A stretch of DNA of 64,000 bases from Podarcis melisellensis. Lineage: Eukaryota. A model generated the notes under the pieces. The model was given only the letters and a program-made list of their open reading frames with translations, had not been told where the DNA came from and ran no database searches. This document shows positions 37,752-49,900 of the stretch, piece after piece. The stretch lies in assembly GCA_964234715.1 (NCBI GenBank), contig OZ174276.1; one strand, 5' to 3'. The translations under genes were made by a program, and so were the position numbers. Each line of letters starts with the position of its first letter. Position 1 is the first letter of the stretch.

Positions 37752-37924
37752 TTAAACATTTTCTATGTTGTATGCTTGACGGATATTAAGAGTATCTCTC
37801 AGCATCAAGTCTCGAAGGCGCCATAAGGCATCTGCCATTGTGGTGTGAGCGCCTTTGCTTTTCAACCAGTGTGTAGGAAGACGGCTCTCTTGTTCTTTTG
37901 AGAGATGGACATCACGTCTTCGTG
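37752..37924 (-). CDS. PBRM1: PBRM1 terminal coding exon (ARRRDVHLSKEQ...RQAYNIENV*)
   Basis: cttcag| acceptor; TAA at 37754-37752. Confidence 0.97.
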
Positions 37925-40900
37925 CTGAAGTAGGAAAAGGGCATTCGGTTACATTTAAGTAAAATCCACACCATGGACTTCAGCGGGAGAATGCACTCTC
38001 AATTATGAACATGAAATCACAGAAATCAAAAGGATTTGACAGAGCTAGCTGATAGAAACTTTTTAAAACTTTCTGCTGAAAAAAACATGCACACTTCTGA
38101 TCAGTTTTTAAAATAATCACTTAAAAGCCCAACTACATGAAATTTCAGATAAATCCTTAAACTGAAATAAAAACTAATACAGTGGACCCTCTAGTTATGT
38201 ACCGCTCTGGATATGTATCTTTCGGGTTACGAACATGGCAGACCCGGAAGTGTATACTTCTGGGTTTCGCCACACAGGCGTGCACAGAAGCGCTCAATCA
38301 CACTGCATGCATGTGCAGAAGCAGCGCCTACAGACTTTTCAGGTTGTGGACGGACCCCTGGAACGAATTTAATTCGTATCTGGAGGGTCCACTGTATTCA
38401 AATATTCATACAAAGGGTTAAAAGCATTGGGTGGAATTCAGCATTGCATTGAATTCAACACTGCCCCCTCCTGCAATATTCTGGGATTCTCCTGCCCCAC
38501 TGCAAGTTAATTTTGGGGAGCGTGTGGTAAGAAGAGAGTGGGGAGAAGCTCCATTTTATAAGCAGAAGCCCTTGTGCAGGGTAGTAGTGAACTTCCTTAG
38601 TGATTTCAACAGATTGCTAAAAGGCATTGTGAATAACTTATCTGCATTAGTGACTACCAACAGGGGTGAAGGAGCTGTCTTCCCCCTCCCTGTGGACTTA
38701 CTATACAGCATTTGCTGAAACAGGCTTTCAATGGACGCTCCACAATTATAGAACTCCCTTCTCATGGAGGAGTGCAGATTCCTGAATGCATAAAACATTC
38801 TCATTTCAGCTGTTTTAAAAGCCGGAGAAAGGAGAGGTGGCGATATCAGCCAACATGACCAATGGTTGGGAATGATGGATGAAGGGCTTTATACACAGAT
38901 ATGCTACTTCCACTTTAAGGGATGGGGAGGCACAAGCACAGGTCGGAGCTGCACAGCACACCAGCAAAGACAATCCAGCGCCCCCACTTGTGTAATCCAA
39001 TCTTATATCCACTTTGTCCCTCCTCCCAGTAAATGACAGCTACAGCTCCACCACACTGGGCAAGCCACTCATACAGTATAGTACTGTACAGTAATGGTAG
39101 AATTAAAAGGCCAGCCTCAAAAAATTTTTTCCTAGGGTCTCTGTGTTTACTGCAAGTAGACTTACCTGAAAGGGTGTGGTCCCACTTGCTAATACTACTC
39201 GAATCAGCACTTAGACCCTCAATGTATTTCAGATAAGCCTCAGAATGAAGAAGTCTTTGCGTCTTTGGTGGAGGGGAGACAAACATAGGAGTTGTTGGCT
39301 GCTGCATAACTTGCTGGGCTGCTGGATTTTGTCCAGGATAGGGAGGTGGGGCCTGCTGACCTGGTGGACCAAGGATACCCATCTGGAATAGTAAAGAACA
39401 ATATCTTAAAAGGTCAAACATAGCCTGACGACTGTAGTATCTCACTGAACCAAAGATAAGTGGCGAACACTGTGTTTCTATAGATGGTTCCGTGAAAGGA
39501 AAGGGTATAACAACAAAAGCATCTGAAACATCCTTAAGGGAATAACGATTACCCTCAGGTGTGGTGAGAAATGTGCCTGTGCCAAAAAAATTAAACAAAA
39601 TCTGTTTCATGTTGTTATATCAAGACAGTCTGAAATCTCCACAAAACAAATTTCACTTCCATGCACAACACATTCATACATATCATAGTTTTAACTGTTT
39701 GGCTATCTGGAATCTTACTTATTGATTTTTGGCGAAGATTACAGGGAATGGTATTGAGAGCAAAAGGAAGAAAGCAGGGCAAGAAATCAATAGTCATAAA
39801 AAAAGAACAAGGAATTGTTTGGAGCAGCTTTCCCCAATGTGGTGTCTTCCATATGCTTTGAACCAAAACTCCTATAATCCCTTAACATTGGTTGTAGTGC
39901 AAAGTATTTGGAGGGCTGGAGAAGGATGCTGTCCTCCCACCTATTCTCCCTCACCAGCACCGTTACTATCTGAGGGGATAGTTTATATCCTGTAACTCCT
40001 ACATCATTAAATCACATGCCAGATGTAGTAAGGAAGCAGTATCAGAAAATAAGAGGAGCAATAAACTCACTGGGCTGTGGGAGGTCAATTTATTAAAAAA
40101 CAAACCCTTTGAGAGTATGATTTATAGGATTTCCCTATGCCTATCTAAATCACTTACCTGCTGTCCAAAAGGACTTCCTGCTGAGGGGGCTCCTACCATG
40201 GAGGAAACGCTTTGACCTATAACACCTGTATTTCAAAATGTAAAAGAAAAAGGAAAAGGAGTATTACAGGTATTAAAATATGATCCCCTAAGTATTCTTA
40301 TTAGAAGTAGTAACTTGTGTTGACTGACAGTTTGTGGTGTTTGGGGGGGGGGCTCCCATCCAAAATTATTTCATCTAGTAATAATCTCTTCTGTAGGCTC
40401 TGAGAATAACCTCACAAAGACTGCTGCTACATCACAGATGAACTAGTGAAGTTGTGCAGGCATGCTAGCTTATTGTGTTGGTGGCTGTTTCTTCATGTTT
40501 ACAATTTATTCAGAACTAGCCTTCCTGGGGATTATAAGGATACAGTTTGGAATTTTGATCAGATATGCAGTCATTTCTATCCGACAATGACAGGCTTTCC
40601 TTGTTGAATAAATGGGTCTACTTTGTTGGGGTTTTAGTATTGCTTTTAAATGTATCTCGTTTTGTGCTTTTAACTATTTTTTAAAATCTTTTACGTGCAA
40701 ATAGCCTTGAGATGGTTGCTTAGCGATTAATACATACATGATAATCATAGTAACACTGTTTCTGCAGCTAAGGAGACAAGGTGTTTTTAAAATAGAGAAA
40801 CCTGGCAATGATAGTGAACATCCACGAGCACTTTATGGCTGTTCAAAGTTCAACAGCACGACAAGCCATAAAGAAACTATGGCACACATCTATATTCCAA

Positions 40901-43900
40901 AGCTATAGTTCATTTCTCACTGCAAATCCTCAAATTCTTGATTGCTGGATGTTAACTGTATACCCTAGCAGGCTTGAAGAAAAAAAAGGGATCTTAAAGG
41001 CAATTATTCATGTTCACAGATTTTAGGGGAACACTACTGTGAAATACATACTTAGAAATAAAGCAGGCAAATCACATTAGTTTTTGCCCACAGATTAACA
41101 GCTGAGCTTATCCACTGCATGCAGAAAAGGAGTATGATATACCATGTAAAAGTGAAAGAAAAATTTGCAGCAGCAAAAAGGAGAAGGGGGCAATGAACAA
41201 GGGTTCCATAACAGCCCCTGTCTCCCTATAAATAGAAGTTTAATAATTGGAAACAAAATATCTGTTTCTCTTAGTTAATGTTTCATTCATGGTTTTGGAT
41301 AAATATTGATCCACATCACAAGAGAACATTTACTTTTAAGTATTTATCAAACCTGGATGAACTGTATGTTAAAGAACAAGCCTGTACCCACATTTCAACC
41401 TCTCCAGACACTAATACTCCCCTTGGCTGAAGCTTCAGTTTGCTTTGTTTAAAAATCTGGCTACAGGGTTTCATTTTTTTAAAAATGATTTGCTGTTAAA
41501 TGAAGCTGTTTGAAATCAGGATGTGTCTATTTGAACTAATGGTGCACAAAGAAATAAAAAACTAACAGTATACTGGTTTAAGATCCATGTCTGGTAGTGA
41601 AATTGTCCGGTTCAACAAACAACATCACCTTCAACAGTTTCAGAAGGACTAGGAATTATGTGTCTTCAATACTCTATGTAACCGTTCAAGCCAGATCTAT
41701 TTGACACTTTTTAAAAAAACTCATGCTAAAAATACAAGGGTATTTCCATGGTCAACTCCTTTGCTGCTGGATCAGTCACATTTGTTGCTCTGCCAACATG
41801 TATCATACATGCCAAGATGTTTGGCAAATATACTTTGTATATTTCTCAATGCACCTTGCACATCTAGAGAGCTAGACATACCTGGAGCATTCGACAAGAG
41901 TCAAGCAGTTAAGCTACAAATGCACAAGCTGCAAACATTTCCCACGGCAACTGGTTAAATGGGGTGAGAACAGAGAGGCGAGATAATGAGTGAATGAGGT
42001 CATTCTTACCCGGTGGTGGGATGCCTGGCATGCCTGGTGGAAGTTGGTGGGGTGGAGGCACCCCAGGGTGAAGTGGCGGCATGCTGCCCATGCTAATAAT
42101 GCCATCAACTGGGCCCTGTAAAGTTGGCAGCCCTGGTGGATAGCCACCTAGCATGCCTTGAAGGACACAACAAATTGCAAACATGCATCAATGACATGCA
42201 AAATGATCAAAATAATAATTACATGCACTACCCACATATATGCACCTTCGGTACTGCCATACAACACTACAATTAGTACCTTGCAAAAATGAACATTGTT
42301 ACAGTGCCAGATACCGTATTCGGAACAGATTAGTATTTAGCCTTTTGGCATTTTCTTCAGGAGGAAACCAACTGAGCATTTAGAATCATTAAGTGGTTAT
42401 TATTACAAGCAAATGCAAAATGTTTTGTCAGTCATACGAAAGTATATATCACATTGCGACATGCACATTCAAAAATTCATGGGACAGCAATGTAGCTTAA
42501 CAGAAGATGTATGTATACCAGGCATTCAGGTTGTTTATGGCTTTTTCACTTACACAGGATGTTAACCACTTACACATATGGGAAATTAATTTAACAATAC
42601 TGCATAGATTGAGCTGCTTCCCATCTCTCACCTTCATTAAGGCCAAAAGACTACTAAAACAGAAGGTATATTAGAGAGAGAGAGACCTTATCTTTCATGT
42701 GCCATGACAGAAAAAACTTCATGGACGTTTTCATCAGGGAATATTCACTGCACAATCATCTTAAGTGCTCACATAGCTTATATATTGCTGCAAGTTACAC
42801 TACTGGTAACTATAAAAAGCAATGTATTGCACAGTACAATTCTTCACCTTCAAGGCATGTTAATTTTAGCATACTATAGCAATGTAAACAAGGAATCATG
42901 TATTGTACTGAACAGAAGGCAAAATGGACAAGTCTCTTGACAGAAGAGAATCAAGGGCACTGAAAAAGAAAGAACACATTGCTGTGTTCGGGTGCCTTTA
43001 GAATAATCAAGGAGAGTTAACCGGGGGGGGGGGTATATGTAGGGTCTTCAACATAGAAAATTGGGAAAGGGAAGAGATAGGAGGTAGAATAAGAGGTAAT
43101 ATGAGAGATAAATGTTGGTGGGTGGTTAATGAGGGAAATGTGGGGGTTGTCTTTGACTGGGAAAAATGGGGATTGTTGGGTGAGGGGGACAATGAAGGTG
43201 ACTGAAAGAAGTATTCTGAGATATTATGGAGAGAGAAGAAAATAAGGATTGATGGAGAAGAGTTCCAAGAGATATAGGTCAGTGCCCTGTGTGGGTGGGT
43301 TGGTGGGTTTTGGGGGAGAATAATGGAAAATCACTGAAGGTATTCTGAGAAAAATATGGCAGTTATGTCTGTGAGTTGCTTTGGGGGCTCTATATGAGGT
43401 CAAAGGTGGTGAAGAAATACTTTTTCAAGCATCACTTGATTATTTGCAAGGCTGGAACCAATATTGTGGATAATTTCAGGTAATGATTTATACATATTCA
43501 GACCTACCTACTGAAGGAAAGTTAAGTTTGGAAGTAATAGCTCTAATTTTATGCCTGTGTAACCTCACTTAAGAAAATTTAACATAAAACTAGTAAAACG
43601 AACAAGAATATTATCAACCCAAGTGGAGATATGTCACAAATACAGGTTTATGCTGTAAAAGCTACAGATCTAGGAATGCTACTGCCCTGTTATAGGAAAG
43701 AATGGGCATCTCCTTGAATCAACACCAGAGAGACAGATGTTCTTCTACAATGGTGCTGGCAATCCACCCGACAGCAAAGCGGAGGTCTGGCTTCTCAGTG
43801 AACCATTAAAAAATACATATTGCTTTCTAAAAACTTTGAAATGGCTTAATATTCAATCTCTACACAATGTATGCAACAAAAACTGAACTGAAAAGGAATT

Positions 43901-46900
43901 TATTTATTTTTTTACAAATGGAGCTGAGATAAAATGCAACATTTTTGGACTAGATTCTCAGCAGCCGTGACGAATCAAATTCACAGCAACAAATTAAAAA
44001 CTAAGAACCAAGCTGTGTAAAATTTATTTATTTGGAAACATTCTACTGTAAATTGAGATTCCGTGTTGAACCATCAGGTGAAAACAACACTGGCTGCCAT
44101 TCGATCACAATGATACTAGTGACTATATTCAGCATTTATATCACACACTTCAACTGTTCAAAGCATGTTGCAAACATTGTGCCAGTAATGTTTATAGCAG
44201 CCAAGTAAGTAGGGTAGTATATGCAGGATGGGGCTGTGAGCAGAGGATGAGAGGGAGTGGCTTTCTTCTCCCATCCTTCCATGGTTGATGGGAGATTTGA
44301 ACCGGGGACTTTGGCTCACAGCCAAAAGCTCACTAGACAAAATGCTGCTCCAGCTCTTTCTTCAACTGATAAACTTCACTCAAGAAAACAAGAGGTGCAG
44401 TGAAACATGTTTAGCAAACTATTCATCATATCATGTAAATCAGTGGGACAACTTTCTATTAAAGACGAATAGTTCCCTGCCACTTATTCTCCTTTCCTTT
44501 GCAGTCTCCTTACCACTTCCTGGCCTGTTTCAGGGGGGTCCTTCAATCCCCTGGAACAGGTTTTTGCAGAGTGCAAGGGAAAGTGGAACCAAAATCTTAC
44601 AGATCCCTGTTTCATGAGCAGAACGCCACTCTCAAACCTCTGAGTGCATCCCAAAGCTGCTCCCCCTTTTTGCTGCACTTACATGACATTACCCTGTAGA
44701 AATGTTGCAATTATTCCCAGAGAATTACATTAGTTGCTGATTTTTGAAGATATTCTTCAGACAAAGTAAGTGTTTCAAGAAAAGCTGTTTATAAACAGAT
44801 CTGGATCAAAGTGAGGTGTAAGTTAAGATCACGTGGTGAGAAAAACTGGATATAAAACGGCATATTGGGTTTTTTAATGAGATGGTGATACTAAAAGAAA
44901 AATAAATTTAATAGATTATATGCTAGGTCCTATTAACAGACAATTCTGCCGCATTAAATATTATCAGAATAAAATGCCTTGCAATTTGTTTGCATGTAAT
45001 GAAATGCAGGGTGCCTCAGAAAACACGTATTTAGATCCTGGTGAAGTTAATGTATTTATTTTCAAATACAGATTCAGAACATATGGAGACCTAAACTAAA
45101 CCAAATCTACATACACCCTAATGCAAAATATTTATTCCTGTTCTTGTATCTGTTTTGCTCAGTTACAGAACTAGATAAGCTTGGATGCTTAAGACAGGTA
45201 GAGCCTTGACAAATTTGAATACACAAAACTAGGTTACATGGCTTGATAATCAAGTCCTATATGTAAAATTATCTAATAAAAACAGCTAGAGTTTAAGATG
45301 GAAATGAAAGCTTCTCAGCTCCTCCTCAAGGCTATGCCTTAGGAAGAGGAGGAGGAGGAGGGGAAACAGTATGAACTTGACACTCATGCACAAAATACTA
45401 AACTGTGTGGTTCAGCATTATGCCTGAACAATATAATTGCTTTTGAAGTATCACAGTTATGAAAGTGGATTGCAGTGTGGCATGGGAGGGCTTGCTGCTC
45501 AATTCATACAAACCCAAAATCCTGCAAAAGAAAAGAAAACCGCTTTGAGGTTTCCTACAATCAAGCGGTATATGCATTTTATGAAATAAATAAATGTTTT
45601 CCGATTCTCACTAAACACTGCTGCCAAGAACCCTAGCCAGTTCAACTGATGGATGAAATCAGTTCTCAAGTTAACCCTCACGTTAAGGCATCATATTACA
45701 TTTTCTCACACTCGGAACGTGTCTAATGTTACTGATGACGTGCCACCTGAAAAAACCATCCACTCTTTCCCAAGTGTCCAGATTCTGCAGCGTTCAGAGG
45801 AAACAAAATAGAATTAACAGTACAAACCAGGAGCAAGTTTGCTGACCAGGGAATGAGCTGGCAGAGACTTCATCGGGATAAGACGGCATGCTTAGGATTA
45901 AGGGGTGCTACTTCTACCAGTGAGGGAAACATCTGTGTTTGCTTTGAACTTAAGGTTTTATGAGGTAAAGTTTAATAGTTGTTTTTTTCCTTTTTCACTA
46001 CAAATAAAGTGACCCAAGAATAGCGTTCAGAGTTATGAAGGAGTTTGGTAAAGTGGATGAAGGGAAAAAAATGGTCAGAGCCCCTATTTGTTTTTTACCT
46101 GCAACAGGTGTCAACTGCGGATTGAGCATCCCCATTGGTGTTGGTGGCGGCACCACCCCCATTAGAGCCCCGACAGGAGTGCCTGCCCGGGGAGAGGAAT
46201 TCTGCTGCTGTTGCTGTGCTGCTCGTTCTCTCTCCTGCTGCTCAGCAACCTTAGCTGCCCGCTCTGCAAAAGTTTTAGATTTTAGACTTTCAGTTCTGTT
46301 TCGTAACCCAGAATTTCAAAAAAAAATATTCTCTAATCACTGAAAAAGGACTAGTCAACATTGGCAACAAGTTTAGGCTTCAGTTGTGGGTGGGTGGGTG
46401 GGGAAATATACAGGCTATTTTTGAAAATGCAATACATAATTTTGTCTTGGTTTGGCTGCCAACAAAAAGACGATTAAAGAATCGACGCTGAAAGGGCCTC
46501 AAAAGAGTCAACGAAATGTGGGTCTGGATCCCGAGAACCAAGGCTTCCTCCAGCCTGCAGTCCTCTGTGCCCCCTAAAAGTTTCTGTTGAGGGTCGGGAG
46601 ACCCTCTAATCAGAACAGAATGTGATGCAGGGGGCTACAGGAGGAAGTTGCTCCCAAACAGGTGAAGGTTTTCGAGGAGGACGCAAAGGAGGGGAGGGTG
46701 GAATGGGAAAGTCTCCTTCCGCAAACTACTTTCCATTGGTGGTTCTCAGAATCCAAGCTATGCGGTTTTAGAGCTGATGACCTTTTTAAAAGTCCCACCA
46801 TCAATGGTACCATCAGATAGTAGCAGCTCTGCACTAACAAATAAGCATGCCATGACAGCTTGGCATAAGATACTACGTACCACATTTGCAATTCACAGCC

Positions 46901-49900
46901 TGTTAGGTCTAGATTCATTCTGTACATGCCAGTGGGCCTGTTCCAGAGTAGGTGAGCTACAGAGTACAGTACATGTCAACGGATTTGCTCTGAACCAAAA
47001 CAAGTCTCCAGTTAGACTTTAATAGGGCCAGTATTCTCCCAATTTTTACCTCCATCTTTAACATAAAGCCCAGTGATTAGGAGGAGGGAAATTCTATTTT
47101 CCACCCATGGTTCTTCCAAACAAGCTTCTTCAGCTACCATGAGAACAATACATTTGTTAAATGTAAGAAAATCTGTTTGGAAGGCATTTTTTCCATCTAT
47201 AAAGGAATTGTTCTAAATGTACACTCAAGAGGCTTGGCAAGCATAATGGTTTATCCTGAACTCCTGGGGGAAACTATCAAACAAATACAGAATCCCTTTC
47301 CAAGTTATTTCCCAGATCAAAAATGTAAATTTTGTTAGAAAACAACAAGAATGAGACAATTGCACAATTTGTCCCACCAAAAGACTAGTTTCCTAGCACA
47401 GCATTTCATATATCCCAGTTGCCCAACCAACTATTAATATTTTATGTAGACAAACAAGAAAAGCATGATTCTTTTTGCACCTTCTTTGATTTAGGAACAG
47501 AAATAATGCATCCAAACTTATATTTGGGGGACATGAAATTACAGGCATGATCAAAGAGCACAAGAGAAAATACACACAGATATGCAACTGCAGTAGACAC
47601 AAATTATGTCTACTGTAGTATGTCTACTAGTAAGGAACAATCTAGATTACAAAGGAAGGTTATGTGACAGATTCCTCTGTGTGTGTATATGTATAAAGTT
47701 TAGGCATACAATATATGATTTATTTCATAACACAAACTCCTTAAAAGAGATCAAAAGGCAAATATTGTCTTCTGTTTTAACCATGAAAAAGACATTTAGA
47801 AGTATTGAATTTTGATTATTCATAGTAAATTCAAAAAGAAAACATTGCACTGAATTGGTTCTTAATATATACTCATTGGATTAATATTTCTTTTATCATG
47901 TAAATTCTAGAGACTTGAATTAGGACTATGTTCAGCAAAACAGCAGCCAATCTTTCAGCAATGGTTTTATTCTAAATGGTTTGTGTCAGATGCTAGCAGA
48001 CAAGAGAACAAAAAATTGTGATATTGACAGAGCAATTCAACAGTACCAAGCAGACACAGGAGCTGAGCTTTGGAATTTCACTGTCAAATCTAGCAAACCC
48101 AGCCCCCAAACCTTCAAACATCACCTTGCAATCACTGGGTACAGTGAAATGTTAAGACATGAACCTTAATTTCTCATGTCAAAAAATTCTTGATTGTGCA
48201 TATTTATTAATTACTTTGCTTATCAGGGAAGTTTGTCCTGCACAGCTTTTGACTGTTTAGTGCTTAAACATTCTGTTTTGAATTTGTGGTGGTTTAAAGC
48301 TCAAAGTTCCATTAAAATCCATTTTCACTGCTTACTGAATGGCGCTTATTCAGTACATAAACCCTGTATGAGTCTATTCTAAGATGCTCATTAAAAGCAC
48401 TTAAGGAAAGAAATTTCCTTCTAATTTTTAATGCAGCTTCATACCAGATACTTTCCCTTTTGCCCATAAATCTATTTAAACAAAACATACAAAGCAAAAT
48501 GCCCTCATCTACAAAGAAAGAAAAATCTGCCTTTTGACAAAAAGGGCTGATAAAATGTCAGTCTGAGAACAGAAATTTGTAATCAAATTATAAAGGACCA
48601 AAGTAGAAATACTTAAGAAAACTTTAGCACGGATGTCAATACCATAGTGTAGTCCCAAGCAAAATAAAAAGGGATATAATCATAATGGATAGGAGTGAAC
48701 TTCAAAACGGCATGGTTTAAAGGGAAACTCAACATCATTGCTTTGAAAAATGTCAGAGACATTGCACTGGCTCAAAAAATTGTATCTCAGCTTAATAAAC
48801 CGAGGTATGAACAAGCTCATGGGTGCATAATCAGCTCCTTTGCAGTTTGAATGAACAAACAAAGAATTATTCCATCCACTGTAGGTTAAATGGGAAACAA
48901 TGGTTAATAGCTTCAAAATGAACCATGGCATTATCTTCTAGCTTGTTCTGAACCCATTAAACATAGTTTTCCAATACAAGCATGCTATGAAACTTCAGTC
49001 AAGGAGACTTTCTGGCTTGCACATTAGTGGATAGGGACTGCAGGAACAGCCAAACAACTTGTTCATCTCTTGGCTTATTAAACTAAGATATGATTGCCTG
49101 AACGTGTCCACATTTCTATGTGTCAGTACATGTAGGAAAGAACGAGAGTTTGAAAAAAAGGAAATGAAATGGAACCATCTATCATTCTAGCTCTGCAAAG
49201 AAATGATACAGCAAGCCCACAGTAAAGGAAAGTGAGATCCAATGACCAACAGCATTTAGTCTGAATATCAAACTTGCTTAAAAATGACTTCGTATCATCT
49301 TCAGAACTTAATAATTATTCCTAAATTTTTCTTTTCTAATGCTGCAATAAATACCTGAAAAACATTCTAGCCTACGAGTTTAGGACGATAAACATTTGGA
49401 AACATGCATCCTACAAAAGACATGCAGGCTTTAATGAAAACCTACCTGTGAGTACATGAAAGAGCTTGATTATTATAAGCTGACTATATTATTATGCTGC
49501 TCAGGGAGCAGAATAACAATTTGAGGTAGGGAAACAAAAGCACATCTGTTTGAGTTAAATAGCCGAAGACATTCTAATAAATGTATTTTAGTTGATTTAT
49601 TAAGGACAAAATACATGCTTCTCTGCTCTGCTTTAAACTTCTTTAATTGCTTTGAACTCTCTGTAGTCCTTTCATTTTGTTTCTATGTATCTTCAGTATG
49701 CAGCATGTATTAGTGCCCTGATGTTAAATGCTGGGCTAGTTATCTGAAACCAGTATTTGAACTTCACTCTTGCAGCTCCTGGCTATAGGAATCATAGAAT
49801 TGGAAGGGCCCTTGGCGGTCATCTAGTGCAACTCCTTGGCTCAATCCAGGATGAAACTACAACATTCCTGGCAGATGCCTGTCCAGCCTCTGCTTAAATA

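Noticed and set aside
38915-39610. 231-aa ORF
   Set aside because: Only 39166-39382 is the PBRM1 exon; the rest is intron read-through
43020-43420. G/A-rich strand-biased block
   Set aside because: Probably a decayed LINE fragment, but I could not assign a family or frame from the sequence alone
45710-45746. Possible 37-nt poison exon (ttttttcag| ... |gtgaga) or C/D-box-like TGATGA..CTGA in a PBRM1 intron
   Set aside because: Short pyrimidine tract and weak donor; boxes too close together for a snoRNA; no independent support
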